Shown piece after piece: positions 30,208-39,230 of a stretch of 64,000 nucleotides of DNA. The stretch is from Candidatus Zambryskibacteria bacterium RIFOXYD1_FULL_40_13. Its GTDB lineage: Bacteria > Patescibacteriota > Minisyncoccia > Phycocordibacterales > DATDWN01. The notes below the pieces were generated by a model. That model did no database searches and was not told the DNA's origin. It saw only the letters and a list, made by a program, of their open reading frames with translations. The stretch's first letter is position 1; every line of letters starts with the position of its first letter. Where the stretch lies: the NCBI GenBank assembly GCA_001824295.1, contig MHWY01000008.1, positions 52,261 through 116,260 on the forward strand, in the 5' to 3' direction. A program made the position numbers and the translations under genes.

Positions 30208-31149
30208 TTAGCTCTTGTTATGAAACTTCTTGTGGATGTCACGGAGGTGTTTGTCAGTCACATGTGTATATATCTGTGTGGTAACAATACTTGAGTGTCC
30301 GAGCATGGCTTGGACGGAACGCAAGTCCGCCCCATTGCCGAGTAAATCTGTGGCAAAAAGGTGTCGTATTGTATGGGGTGTAACCTTTTTTGATATTCCA
30401 GCTTTGATTGCATGCTGTTTTACAATCCTCTCAATTGATCTGTTGTTCAGAAATCCATATTCTCTCGTACTGTTACTTTTAAAACTTTTTTCATCAACGG
30501 GGGTAAATAGGGCGTCACTAATATCCTTGCGTGCCTTCAAATATGCCCTGACACATTTCTTTGCCTCGTCAGAAAGGAAAACCACGCGAACCTTGCCCCC
30601 CTTACCACGAACAGACAGCTCGTCAGAATTAAGGTTTATGTCTCGTGTTAGAGACCGGAGCTCGGAAACACGAAGACCAGTAGAAAACAGCAGTTCGAGA
30701 ATGGCTTTGTCTCGCAAATCTTTCAGATTGCTCCCGTTGGGGGAATTGAGCATACGAGAGAGTTCCTCTGGAGTGATAAGGTCAAGAGACCTCTCGGAAA
30801 CCTTTGCTAGTTCTATCCTCTCGGCAGGCATGGTTTTAATTTCCTGCCTAGCTAGATATTTTAAAAAGGCCCGAAGAGCGATGAGATAGTAGTTCTGAGT
30901 TTTTCTGGACAATGTTTCATCGTTTCTCTTGCTGTGACCGGTCGGTTGCCTGTTGAGCCAGAGACGATACTGACGAACTACCTCATCCTTTATGTCGGCT
31001 GGGTTGTCAGTCTTGATGAAGTTCAAAAAACGAGTCAAATAGTGGTCATAATTCTCAACAGTTTTCACCGAACGGCCTCGTTCTATTTCTATGTATTCAA
31101 GAAACTGTTGTTTGAGTTGTTTGAGTGAAGACATGAAAATAGTTATCAA
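30208..31149 (-). CDS. Tyrosine site-specific recombinase, XerC/XerD family
   Basis: 313 aa; HTIRHLFATDLLGNGADLRSVQAMLGHSSIVTTQIYTHV C-terminal catalytic region (R..H..R..Y). Confidence 0.85.
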   Translation of the reverse strand: MITIFMSSLKQLKQQFLEYIEIERGRSVKTVENYDHYLTRFLNFIKTDNPADIKDEVVRQYRLWLNRQPTGHSKRNDETLSRKTQNYYLIALRAFLKYLARQEIKTMPAERIELAKVSERSLDLITPEELSRMLNSPNGSNLKDLRDKAILELLFSTGLRVSELRSLTRDINLNSDELSVRGKGGKVRVVFLSDEAKKCVRAYLKARKDISDALFTPVDEKSFKSNSTREYGFLNNRSIERIVKQHAIKAGISKKVTPHTIRHLFATDLLGNGADLRSVQAMLGHSSIVTTQIYTHVTDKHLRDIHKKFHNKS

Positions 31150-31219
31150 GTAGAAAGTTAAAAGTTATCAAGTTAATGCATAAATTATAACATGAAATCA
31201 TGTCGCACAATATTTTTAG

Positions 31220-31250
31220 ACAAGAAAAGACCGCCTCACGGGAGGCGGCC
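31220..31250 (-). terminator. Rho-independent terminator
   Basis: Minus strand: GGCCGCCTCCCGTGAGGCGGTCTTTTCTTGTC. Confidence 0.65.
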
Positions 31251-31481
31251 AAGGAAGAACAGGGTGGCCAGAACGCCGGCCACGAACGAGAGGATCTGGC
31301 GCCAGTACTGGCGCCAAGCTGAGCGAATGAAATGAGAGAGATGTCGGTACAGGAATCGGTCGATCGCTCTCCACACCCGCCCGACGGCCGGGGGGCCACC
31401 CACCAACAGCGCCAGGCCGGTGATGAGTAGCATGATGAGAACGGAAAGCGTGAAGAGCTCGTTGAGTAGCATCTGTAGCAC
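31236..31481 (-). CDS. GC-rich hypothetical small membrane protein (2 TM)
   Basis: 81 aa; ~60% GC; SD GAGGTG 7 nt upstream of the ATG; terminator directly downstream. Confidence 0.45.
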   Translation of the reverse strand: MLQMLLNELFTLSVLIMLLITGLALLVGGPPAVGRVWRAIDRFLYRHLSHFIRSAWRQYWRQILSFVAGVLATLFFLGRLP

Positions 31482-31644
31482 CTCGGTTCTTGGGTGGCCT
31501 GTGTGACCACCTCCTACCCCGTATTATATCATATAGAGGTGACAAAGTCAAGAATAAAACAGTTTCCTGGGATTTTTTGGCTATAACTAGGCCCAATAAA
31601 ATAACCTTGCAATGTAGTGGGTTTTGTGATATCCTATCGGAACA

Positions 31645-31911
31645 ATGTTAACAAAGACAAAAAAATCAAAAATCGTTAAAGATGTTCAAGTACACGATAC
31701 AGACACTGGCTCTCCGGAGGTTCAGATTGCTATTTTGAGTAAAAGAATAGACGAACTAGCCGTACACCTTAAGAAAAACGCAAAGGATAACCACTCTAGA
31801 CGCGGACTGTTGCAAATGGTTGCAGACAGAAAAGCTCACATGAAGTATCTCGAGAAAAAATCTCCAAAAAGATATAATTCTCTTACTAAGAAGCTTGGGT
31901 TGAAGAAGTAG
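31645..31911 (+). CDS. rpsO: 30S ribosomal protein S15
   Basis: 88 aa; GSPEVQIAILSKRIDELAVHLKKNAKDNHSRRGLLQMV. Confidence 0.9.
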   Translation: MLTKTKKSKIVKDVQVHDTDTGSPEVQIAILSKRIDELAVHLKKNAKDNHSRRGLLQMVADRKAHMKYLEKKSPKRYNSLTKKLGLKK

Positions 31912-32267
31912 GGACTCCTCATTAATAATTTCTTTCTTATTTGTCTCTTTCAGAGAGACACGCATAAATTCTTGCTAGAATTTTGCTTGAGTTCGTGCCG
32001 TCGCACTCACTAGTCTCTCCTCAAGTGACAAAACGACAAAATTATTAATTCGTCGTTAGTAGTTGGGTGTTTGTGATATAATTCTATTGTCGATTTTTTA
32101 TATTTGAATTCTTTTTTACTTTATTAACTTTACAAACTTTATAACTTTTAACTTAACAACATGTCAGTTATTAAACACCCCAGTACTAGAGCAAAGCTCA
32201 GTACGGGGCAGGAAGTGCTATTATTAGTTTAAGTAAGTTATTTATTCTTTAATTTTTATATACATTT

Positions 32268-32807
32268 ATGAGTGTAATTAAACACAAAAATCAGCGCGTT
32301 GGTATCTTTATTGATACACAAAACTTATACCATTGCGCAAAAAATATTTATGGCGCGAAGGTAAACTTCGACCAAGTAGTCAAAGACGGTCTAGCAGGAA
32401 GACAACTTATACGAGCTGTGGCTTATGTCATAACCACAGAGGCTGGGGACGAGAAAAACTTTTTTGAAGCACTAGAGAAAATGGGCATCGAAACGAAAAC
32501 AAAAAACCTCCAGATATTCTCTGGTGGTGCTAAAAAGGGGGATTGGGATGTTGGACTTGCTGTTGATGCAATAAAACTTGCACCAAAACTTGATGCAGTC
32601 ATCCTTGTAACGGGTGACGGCGACTTTGTTCCACTTGTAGAATACCTCCAGGTCAACGAAGGTTGTCAGGTAGAAGTTGTGTCGTTTGGTAAGTCTTCTT
32701 CGGCAAAACTTATTGAGGCTAGTGACGACTTCATTGACCTAGATGATAACCCGAGAAAATATCTAATCGGTTTCGGGGCAAACAAACGACCACGCAGAAC
32801 AATGTAA
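32268..32807 (+). CDS. NYN-domain (LabA-like/DUF88) protein
   Basis: 179 aa; VGIFIDTQNLYHCAK ... AVILVTGDGDFVPLV. Confidence 0.7.
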   Translation: MSVIKHKNQRVGIFIDTQNLYHCAKNIYGAKVNFDQVVKDGLAGRQLIRAVAYVITTEAGDEKNFFEALEKMGIETKTKNLQIFSGGAKKGDWDVGLAVDAIKLAPKLDAVILVTGDGDFVPLVEYLQVNEGCQVEVVSFGKSSSAKLIEASDDFIDLDDNPRKYLIGFGANKRPRRTM

Positions 32808-33081
32808 AATATTGTTGGTTGACTATAAGAACTGGATAGTATATTGTGGCTAAGCCAGCTGGGGCTGGCAAGCTACAACTCAAAAGGGGTGGCGCCGGTA
32901 ATCCCGATCCTCACGGGGGAAACTTGAAACCCGCGCCACCCCGAATGAGTTATCCAGTTCTTTGTGGCAAAAGCCACATTTCGTCGCAGTCTCTACGCAA
33001 ACCAGCACATTCAACAATGAGTGGCTGGTTGTTTTTGTAGAAAAATTTTTAATTCCAGTAAAATTTGTTACACTATAACAA

Positions 33082-33951
33082 ATGCCTCCAGAAAAAAAGA
33101 CAGAACAAGACGTGACGGGGGAGACAAAACCTTCGGTAAAGTCACTTCGCACATATCAAGGTGATGTTGAAGAAGCTGTACAAAAAAACAGTTTTTCGGC
33201 AACTACAATCCTCGTGGCAGAACAGAAAAGAAAGGAGGAAAACCCAGAAACAATAGACACACCTGAAGACGCGAGAGATAGAAACAAGTTTTTTGCTATG
33301 GCGGGAGGGATTCTGCTTATTCTTGGAGTTCTAACTGTTGCTTCTATATATTATATTAAGTCAAGAGAAGAGATTGCTGTTTTAGAACAAACCAAAACCT
33401 TGATGAGTTTTTCCAGAGAAAAGCTAATGCCTGTTACAGACCTAACAAGAGATGAGTTTATTGACAGTATCCTCACAGAAAAAAGAGCTTTTGACTTGCC
33501 AGTCAACTCTGTCTTGTATATTAATGTGGTAGATAAATTAAACAAACCAGAAAGCATAGATACATTACTGTCTTTACTCGGCCCACAAATGCCGTCTGCC
33601 CTAAAAAGAGCATTCGAGAAGGAATATATGCTTGGTGTTTATTCGTTTGAAGCAAACGAGCCATTTATTATTCTCAAAACAAAAGACTTCCCCTCAAGTT
33701 ACAGTGGCATGCTTAAGTGGGAGGAGAACATGGTCTTCGATATCGGTAGACTATTCTCCGTCCCCGAGGGAACAGCGGGGTTTGTGGATGAGGCTTTCCG
33801 CAACAAAGACCTTCGGGTTTTAAAAAATGACAATAAAAAAACCGTCCTTTTGTATTCATTTATAGATAAAAACACTTTAATTATTACTGCAAATGAAAAT
33901 GTTCTGATGGCCATAATAAGTAAATACACAGTTAGTGGTCAGATAAGGTAG
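33082..33951 (+). CDS. Hypothetical membrane-anchored protein
   Basis: 289 aa; charged N-terminus then a single TM (FFAMAGGILLILGVLTVASIYYI). Confidence 0.35.
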   Translation: MPPEKKTEQDVTGETKPSVKSLRTYQGDVEEAVQKNSFSATTILVAEQKRKEENPETIDTPEDARDRNKFFAMAGGILLILGVLTVASIYYIKSREEIAVLEQTKTLMSFSREKLMPVTDLTRDEFIDSILTEKRAFDLPVNSVLYINVVDKLNKPESIDTLLSLLGPQMPSALKRAFEKEYMLGVYSFEANEPFIILKTKDFPSSYSGMLKWEENMVFDIGRLFSVPEGTAGFVDEAFRNKDLRVLKNDNKKTVLLYSFIDKNTLIITANENVLMAIISKYTVSGQIR

Positions 33952-33991
33952 GGCAGGTTGCGTGGGGGTGGTTTTCTGTTACAATACGACT

Positions 33992-34354
33992 TATATGGAA
34001 CTAAATACACAACATTTTAAAGATTTATTATTAAAAGAGTCAGAGACTCTAGAGGAACAGCTTGCCTCTATAGGTAGAAAAAACCCAGATGATGCCGAGG
34101 ATTGGGAGGCGGTAGCCACGGATTTAGACGAAGATAATGCAGATGAGTTTGATGTTGCTGAGGATAAGGAAAATTTTGACAACAACAAGGCAGAGCTTGA
34201 CCAGCTTGAAATTCAACTGAACGAAGTGAAGTCGGCCCTTCAGAGAATAGAAGATGGTGAGTATGGAAAGTGTGAAATTTGTGATAAAGGAATTGAGGAG
34301 GATAGGTTGGAGGCAAACCCTTCCGCCAAGACATGTAAGGAACACATGAATTAA
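33992..34354 (+). CDS. DksA/TraR-family C4 zinc-finger protein
   Basis: Coiled-coil N-terminus, CEICDKGIEEDRLEANPSAKTCKEH C-terminus; start set at the internal MELNTQ. Confidence 0.65.
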   Translation, partial: YMELNTQHFKDLLLKESETLEEQLASIGRKNPDDAEDWEAVATDLDEDNADEFDVAEDKENFDNNKAELDQLEIQLNEVKSALQRIEDGEYGKCEICDKGIEEDRLEANPSAKTCKEHMN

Positions 34355-34513
34355 TCCTGGTCTTTTTGATTAATTTCTGCGTTGCTTGTTTTGTTTGTTC
34401 CACGCGCAGTACTATGTGTACAGCTTGGTCACAAACAAAACATCGCGCCTTGAACTAAATCAAAAATCCTCAGGATTTTATTTAATGAAATTAAAATTTA
34501 ATATTGAATCAGA

Positions 34514-36625
34514 ATGCAAACAAAAACTTATACAACTGATTTCGGAGGGAGAGAATTGAGTGTGGAGTTTAGTGACTTAGCAGACCAAGCGCACGGCTCC
34601 TGTTTTGTAAGATATGGAGACACTGTTGTTCTAGCTACTGCAGTTATGTCGAAGGAAGCAAAAGAAGGAACAGATTTCTTTCCACTAACAGTTGATTTTG
34701 AAGAAAAGTTTTACGCCACCGGGAAAATCCTCGGTGGTCGTTTTCAAAAAAGGGAAGGAAGGCCGTCGGAGGATGCTATTCTCTCTGGAAGAATAGTGGA
34801 CAGAACCATAAGACCACTTTTTGATAGCTGGATAAGAAATGAGATACAGGTTGTCGTAACTGTTCTTTCTATCGGTGAAGATGACCCAGATATATTATCC
34901 GTCTTGGCGGCATCTGTTGCCTTGGGCACATCACACATACCATGGAATGGACCAGTTGGAGCAATCAGAATTGGTAAAAATGGAGATTTTAAGATTAATC
35001 CAACCTATACAGAAAGGAGTACAGAAAACTACAACCTAGACATGCTTGTTTGTATAAAAGACGACAAAGTAAACATGATTGAGATTGGAAGTTCCGAAAT
35101 ACCTGAGGAGGAAATACTTAAAGCTATGGATTTGGCCAAGATTGAGTTGAGTAAACTACAAAAATTTCAAGAAAAAATATTTGCTGAAATTGGGAAAGAG
35201 AAGGTAAAAGTTCCAAAACCAACACTTACACCAGCTACCCTTGCACTTTTCAAAGAAAAAATTGAACCTATATTTATGCAAAGGGTTTTTTCTGGCAACC
35301 CAGGTAAAGATGACCTATCGTATCTTGCAACACTCTGGGCAGAAGAAGCAAAAATTATTGAGGATGAGAATGAGTACGCTCTGGCTATGGATTACTTGCA
35401 GGAGAAAATAGACCACGCTATTCACAACGAAATAATTGATAACAAAAATCGTCCAGACAAAAGAGGGATGGATGAACTTCGTCCGCTCATGGCCTCTGCT
35501 GGAGGACTTTCAAGAATCTTGCACGGCTCGGGAATCTTCTATCGAGGTGGAACGCATGTCTTGTCAGTTCTAACTCTAGGTTCACCAAGTGATGCACAGC
35601 TTATAGACAATATGGAGCCACAAGATGGTCACAAAAGATTTATGCTTCATTATAACTTTCCACCATACTCCGTTGGTGAGGTTGGAAGAATGGGGGGAAC
35701 AAACCGCAGAATGATAGGCCACGGTGCCCTAGCAGAAAAAGCTCTTTTCTCTGTTTTACCCAAGAAAGAAGACTTTCCTTATACGATTCGCTTAGTTGCA
35801 GAATCAATGGCGTCCAACGGCTCAACATCTATGGCCTCTGTCTGTGCTGGCTGTATAGCTCTCATGGACGGTGGTGTTCCTATCAAGAGACCGGTTGCTG
35901 GAATAGCTTCAGGACTCATGATGCGTGACGACAAAAATTATGTTGTTCTGACAGATATTCAGGGACCAGAAGACCATCACGGCGACATGGATTTCAAGGT
36001 TGCTGGAACAGAGGTGGGGGTAACGGCAGTTCAAATGGATGTGAAAGTCGCTGGCATTCCACTTCATATTTTGAAAGAGGCGTTTGAAAAAGCAAAGTCA
36101 GCTAGACTTCAAATCTTGAAAGTTATGACTGACGAAATAGCAAAACCTCGTGAAAACATTTCTGAATATGCTCCAAAAATTGTTTCAATAAAAGTAAAAC
36201 AAGACCAGATAGGGCTTGTTATCGGAACAGGTGGAAAAACAATTAAGGAAATAAAGGAACATACAGGGGTAGACGCGATTGATATTGATGACGATGGAAC
36301 AGTATTCATCACAGGTAAGGGTGATACATGTGAAAAAGCCAAGAAAATAATTGAAGAGATGACCCATGAATTCCTAGTGGGGGATAAGATGCGAGCGGAG
36401 GTTGTAAAAATTACCGACTTTGGAATCTTTGTTAGTCTCGGAGGTGGGGCAGAAGGCTTGGTACACATTTCAGAGATTGTTCCACGAAGAATCCAGTCAG
36501 CAAGTGAGGTGGTAAAGGTTGGTGACATCGTCCCTGTAGTTGTAAAAGAAATAGATGAACGAGGACGACTAAAACTATCTATTAAAGATATCGCACCGCA
36601 ATGGTTTGATACAAAGAAAGAATAG
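34514..36625 (+). CDS. pnp: Polyribonucleotide nucleotidyltransferase (PNPase)
   Basis: 703 aa; two RNase PH domains, KH (GLVIGTGGKTIKEIKEHTGV) and S1 domains. Confidence 0.95.
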   Translation: MQTKTYTTDFGGRELSVEFSDLADQAHGSCFVRYGDTVVLATAVMSKEAKEGTDFFPLTVDFEEKFYATGKILGGRFQKREGRPSEDAILSGRIVDRTIRPLFDSWIRNEIQVVVTVLSIGEDDPDILSVLAASVALGTSHIPWNGPVGAIRIGKNGDFKINPTYTERSTENYNLDMLVCIKDDKVNMIEIGSSEIPEEEILKAMDLAKIELSKLQKFQEKIFAEIGKEKVKVPKPTLTPATLALFKEKIEPIFMQRVFSGNPGKDDLSYLATLWAEEAKIIEDENEYALAMDYLQEKIDHAIHNEIIDNKNRPDKRGMDELRPLMASAGGLSRILHGSGIFYRGGTHVLSVLTLGSPSDAQLIDNMEPQDGHKRFMLHYNFPPYSVGEVGRMGGTNRRMIGHGALAEKALFSVLPKKEDFPYTIRLVAESMASNGSTSMASVCAGCIALMDGGVPIKRPVAGIASGLMMRDDKNYVVLTDIQGPEDHHGDMDFKVAGTEVGVTAVQMDVKVAGIPLHILKEAFEKAKSARLQILKVMTDEIAKPRENISEYAPKIVSIKVKQDQIGLVIGTGGKTIKEIKEHTGVDAIDIDDDGTVFITGKGDTCEKAKKIIEEMTHEFLVGDKMRAEVVKITDFGIFVSLGGGAEGLVHISEIVPRRIQSASEVVKVGDIVPVVVKEIDERGRLKLSIKDIAPQWFDTKKE

Positions 36626-36629
36626 GTCA

Positions 36630-36657
36630 CAAAAACCGCCATCTCTGGCGGTTTTTT
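36630..36657 (+). terminator. Rho-independent terminator of pnp
   Basis: aaaaaccgccatctctggcggttttttg. Confidence 0.8.
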
Positions 36658-36672
36658 GAAGAAACTGTTGGT

Positions 36673-37641
36673 CTAGTTAGCTTTCGTCTCGAATGAATTT
36701 TCTGAAGAAAGAGTGACATTTCCAGATGCATCAGTGCTTGATACAACATAGAAGTACTTGGTACTTGTTGCTAAGTTAGACAAGTTCAGGCTGTGAAAGA
36801 TAGACACTGAGGCAGATGATGCTGTTGGAGAGGCGGTAGTGTCAACTGGCGATTTCTCACTTACCCAAACTTTTGCATTTGATGCTTCGTTGGTTAACCA
36901 AATTATATTTGACGATATTCCGGTTTTCTTAAGTGCTGTAACAAATAGAATTTTTGGACCTGAGGCATCAATTTCTGTAGCTGACTTTGTCTCAAACTTA
37001 TGAATCTTTGTTCTCAAGACATTATTATTTTCATCTTTATACTCTATGAAATAATAATACTTGGTGTCCAAAGAAAGCCCCGATAAAACAACAGAGTGTT
37101 TAGTTGATAAGTTGTTATCGGCAACAAGTGAAGCGGTGGTTGTACCTAAGAGAAGAGACTCATTGCTTGAGAAGTAAACCTTACCAGTTGTTTTAATGTT
37201 CGACTCCCAGTTAACAGTGGCTGTAGTTGTTGCACTCTTGGCTACATGAACACCAAAAACCTTGGTTTCACTCTTGTTCTTATTAAAGAACTTCAAGAAC
37301 CAATCAAATCTTCGATGTTCGTTGTCTCTATTGTTATCCTTATTGTTGCTGTTATTAACTTTTACATCTACACTGCTCTTTGACTCAAACTTATTGCTAA
37401 ATTTTGAATCATCATCGTTTTTGAACGACTTATCTGCGTCTGCAGAAGCATTTGCTTGATTCCTTACTTCAAGTTTCACTGCCTCTCTTTTGTCGTTAGA
37501 CTCAGATTTTAATGAAGCATCAACATCTAAATTTGTTTTGCTGTTCAAGCCAAGAAAGAGGCTTGCGTCGGTTGATAACGGTAACAAAACCAGACCGAGA
37601 ACACTTAATACTAAGAGATATGACTTAATTTTTTTAATCAT
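36673..37641 (-). CDS. Hypothetical secreted protein with FN3/Ig-like beta-sandwich repeats
   Basis: 322 aa; signal peptide MIKKIKSYLLVLSVLGLVLLPLSTDA; Asn/Asp-rich linker; repeated YYF...V...D.SGN segments. Confidence 0.4.
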   Translation of the reverse strand: MIKKIKSYLLVLSVLGLVLLPLSTDASLFLGLNSKTNLDVDASLKSESNDKREAVKLEVRNQANASADADKSFKNDDDSKFSNKFESKSSVDVKVNNSNNKDNNRDNEHRRFDWFLKFFNKNKSETKVFGVHVAKSATTTATVNWESNIKTTGKVYFSSNESLLLGTTTASLVADNNLSTKHSVVLSGLSLDTKYYYFIEYKDENNNVLRTKIHKFETKSATEIDASGPKILFVTALKKTGISSNIIWLTNEASNAKVWVSEKSPVDTTASPTASSASVSIFHSLNLSNLATSTKYFYVVSSTDASGNVTLSSENSFETKAN

Positions 37642-37795
37642 GTTTGGTTTAATTAATGTTAATTGGTGTGCTTAACACACACTATCTATAACGCTACAGC
37701 CCCTCTTTTCTTACATTTTGAGCCATCTTCTACGAGCATGCTATAATGATAATTCACCGTTTTGGTAAGAAAAGAAGATTTTAAGCGTTATTATT

Positions 37796-38320
37796 ATGGA
37801 GGATATAGAGAAAGAATTTCTTGAAGCGTATAACACACACTCCAATCAAATTTTCCGATTTGTCTTTTTCAGGTTGAATGACCGAGAAAAAGCCAAAGAA
37901 CTTACCCAAGAAACTTTTCTAAAAACTTGGGTGTATATCTCAAAAACGGGTGCTATGAAAAACATTAGGGCCTTTCTCTATAAGGTCGCGAGCAACCTGG
38001 TAGTTGACGAATACAGGAGAGGAGGGAGAGCAAAGATAACCTCTCTGGATTTGGCAATGGAAAATGGCCACGACTTTGCAGTGGAGGAAAAGGAATCTCT
38101 GCTGGACAAATTGGACGGTTCACAAATCCTTGAATTAGTTAAGTTATTGCCAAAATCATACGCCGATGTCCTGTATATGAAATATGTTGAAGATATGAGT
38201 ATATCCGAGATAGCTGAGGCAATAGATGGGTCAAACAATGTTGTCTCTGTTAGAATAAACAGGGGAATAGTGAAACTGAAAAAGATAGTCAGCCAAAAAA
38301 TGAAACAAAATGAATACTGA
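37796..38320 (+). CDS. ECF-subfamily RNA polymerase sigma factor
   Basis: 174 aa; sigma-70 region 2 (FLKTWVYISK...FLYKVASNLVVDEYRR) and region 4 (LPKSYADVLYMKYVEDMSISEIAEAIDGSNNVVSVRINRG). Confidence 0.8.
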   Translation: MEDIEKEFLEAYNTHSNQIFRFVFFRLNDREKAKELTQETFLKTWVYISKTGAMKNIRAFLYKVASNLVVDEYRRGGRAKITSLDLAMENGHDFAVEEKESLLDKLDGSQILELVKLLPKSYADVLYMKYVEDMSISEIAEAIDGSNNVVSVRINRGIVKLKKIVSQKMKQNEY

Positions 38321-39185
38321 TTTTTTCAAAAAAATAAAAATGGAAAACCTTACGCAAGAAGAAAAGGCGGAGGGTTTGTTGAATTTGAAAAGTTTTATGG
38401 CTTCTCATCCTGCAAGACAAAAAACATTTGGCAATAATTTAACAGGGTGGTTGTTTTACTCTCCGTGGTTTACTAAAAACAGAATGGTGGTGGGGAGTGC
38501 TTTTGCTCTCGTCATCTTCTTTGCTGGTGGTGGAGTAATGCTCGCAGCAAACTCGGCCCTGCCTGGAGACCTACTCTATCCAGTAAAAATACATGTCAAC
38601 GAAAAAGTTGAGTCGGCAACAGCCATAGGACAGAAAAAAAAGGCTGAGGTAATCGTAAAACAAGCTATCACTAGACTAGATGAAGCGGAGAAACTCTCCT
38701 CTGAACACAGACTAACCGAGGATTCCAAAAAAACCATCAATGCTGTATTTTCCACACAGCTTGAAGAGGGTTCTAAGAACATAGATGAGCTTAAAAAGAC
38801 TGGCAAAGAGAGAGAGGCAACAGAAATCGACCTTGCTCTGAAAGAAGCTTTGAGTAAACACCATCTAATCCTGTCAGAATTACTAGAAGACGACCGAGAA
38901 GATAGGGAAGAAAAAACAAAACAACGAGAGGAAAATGCAAAAACAAGAAGAAAAATAAGGAGTTGGGGTGGTTTCGATGTGGAGACAAAGGCAACCACCA
39001 CCGAATCAGTTATAGAATGGGCCACAACCACAACCGAATCACGAGTTGAAATTGAGGCCACAAACACACTGGATAAAACAATAAAAGATGATTCGGATGA
39101 AAAGAAACCGGACGATGAAAAAAATTTACTTGATATTGAGCAGGTGATTCCTAAGATTGACATTCCACATATCAAAGAAATCTAA
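38310..39185 (+). CDS. Putative anti-sigma factor (single TM, follows ECF sigma with 11-nt overlap)
   Basis: 291 aa; cytoplasmic N-terminus, TM VVGSAFALVIFFAGGGVMLAA, extracytoplasmic Glu/Lys-rich domain; assigned on genomic context. Confidence 0.45.
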   Translation: MNTDFFKKIKMENLTQEEKAEGLLNLKSFMASHPARQKTFGNNLTGWLFYSPWFTKNRMVVGSAFALVIFFAGGGVMLAANSALPGDLLYPVKIHVNEKVESATAIGQKKKAEVIVKQAITRLDEAEKLSSEHRLTEDSKKTINAVFSTQLEEGSKNIDELKKTGKEREATEIDLALKEALSKHHLILSELLEDDREDREEKTKQREENAKTRRKIRSWGGFDVETKATTTESVIEWATTTTESRVEIEATNTLDKTIKDDSDEKKPDDEKNLLDIEQVIPKIDIPHIKEI

Positions 39186-39230
39186 ACTGTTGTTTTATTT
39201 TTATCTCAAACATATTACAATTAAGAAATC

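Noticed and set aside
30230-30889. 219-aa + strand ORF antisense to the tyrosine recombinase
   Set aside because: It is fully contained in the well-supported recombinase gene on the opposite strand and has no motifs.
38576-39175. 199-aa minus-strand ORF antisense to the anti-sigma-like gene
   Set aside because: It is a Ser-rich low-complexity mirror of the Glu/Lys-rich sense gene.
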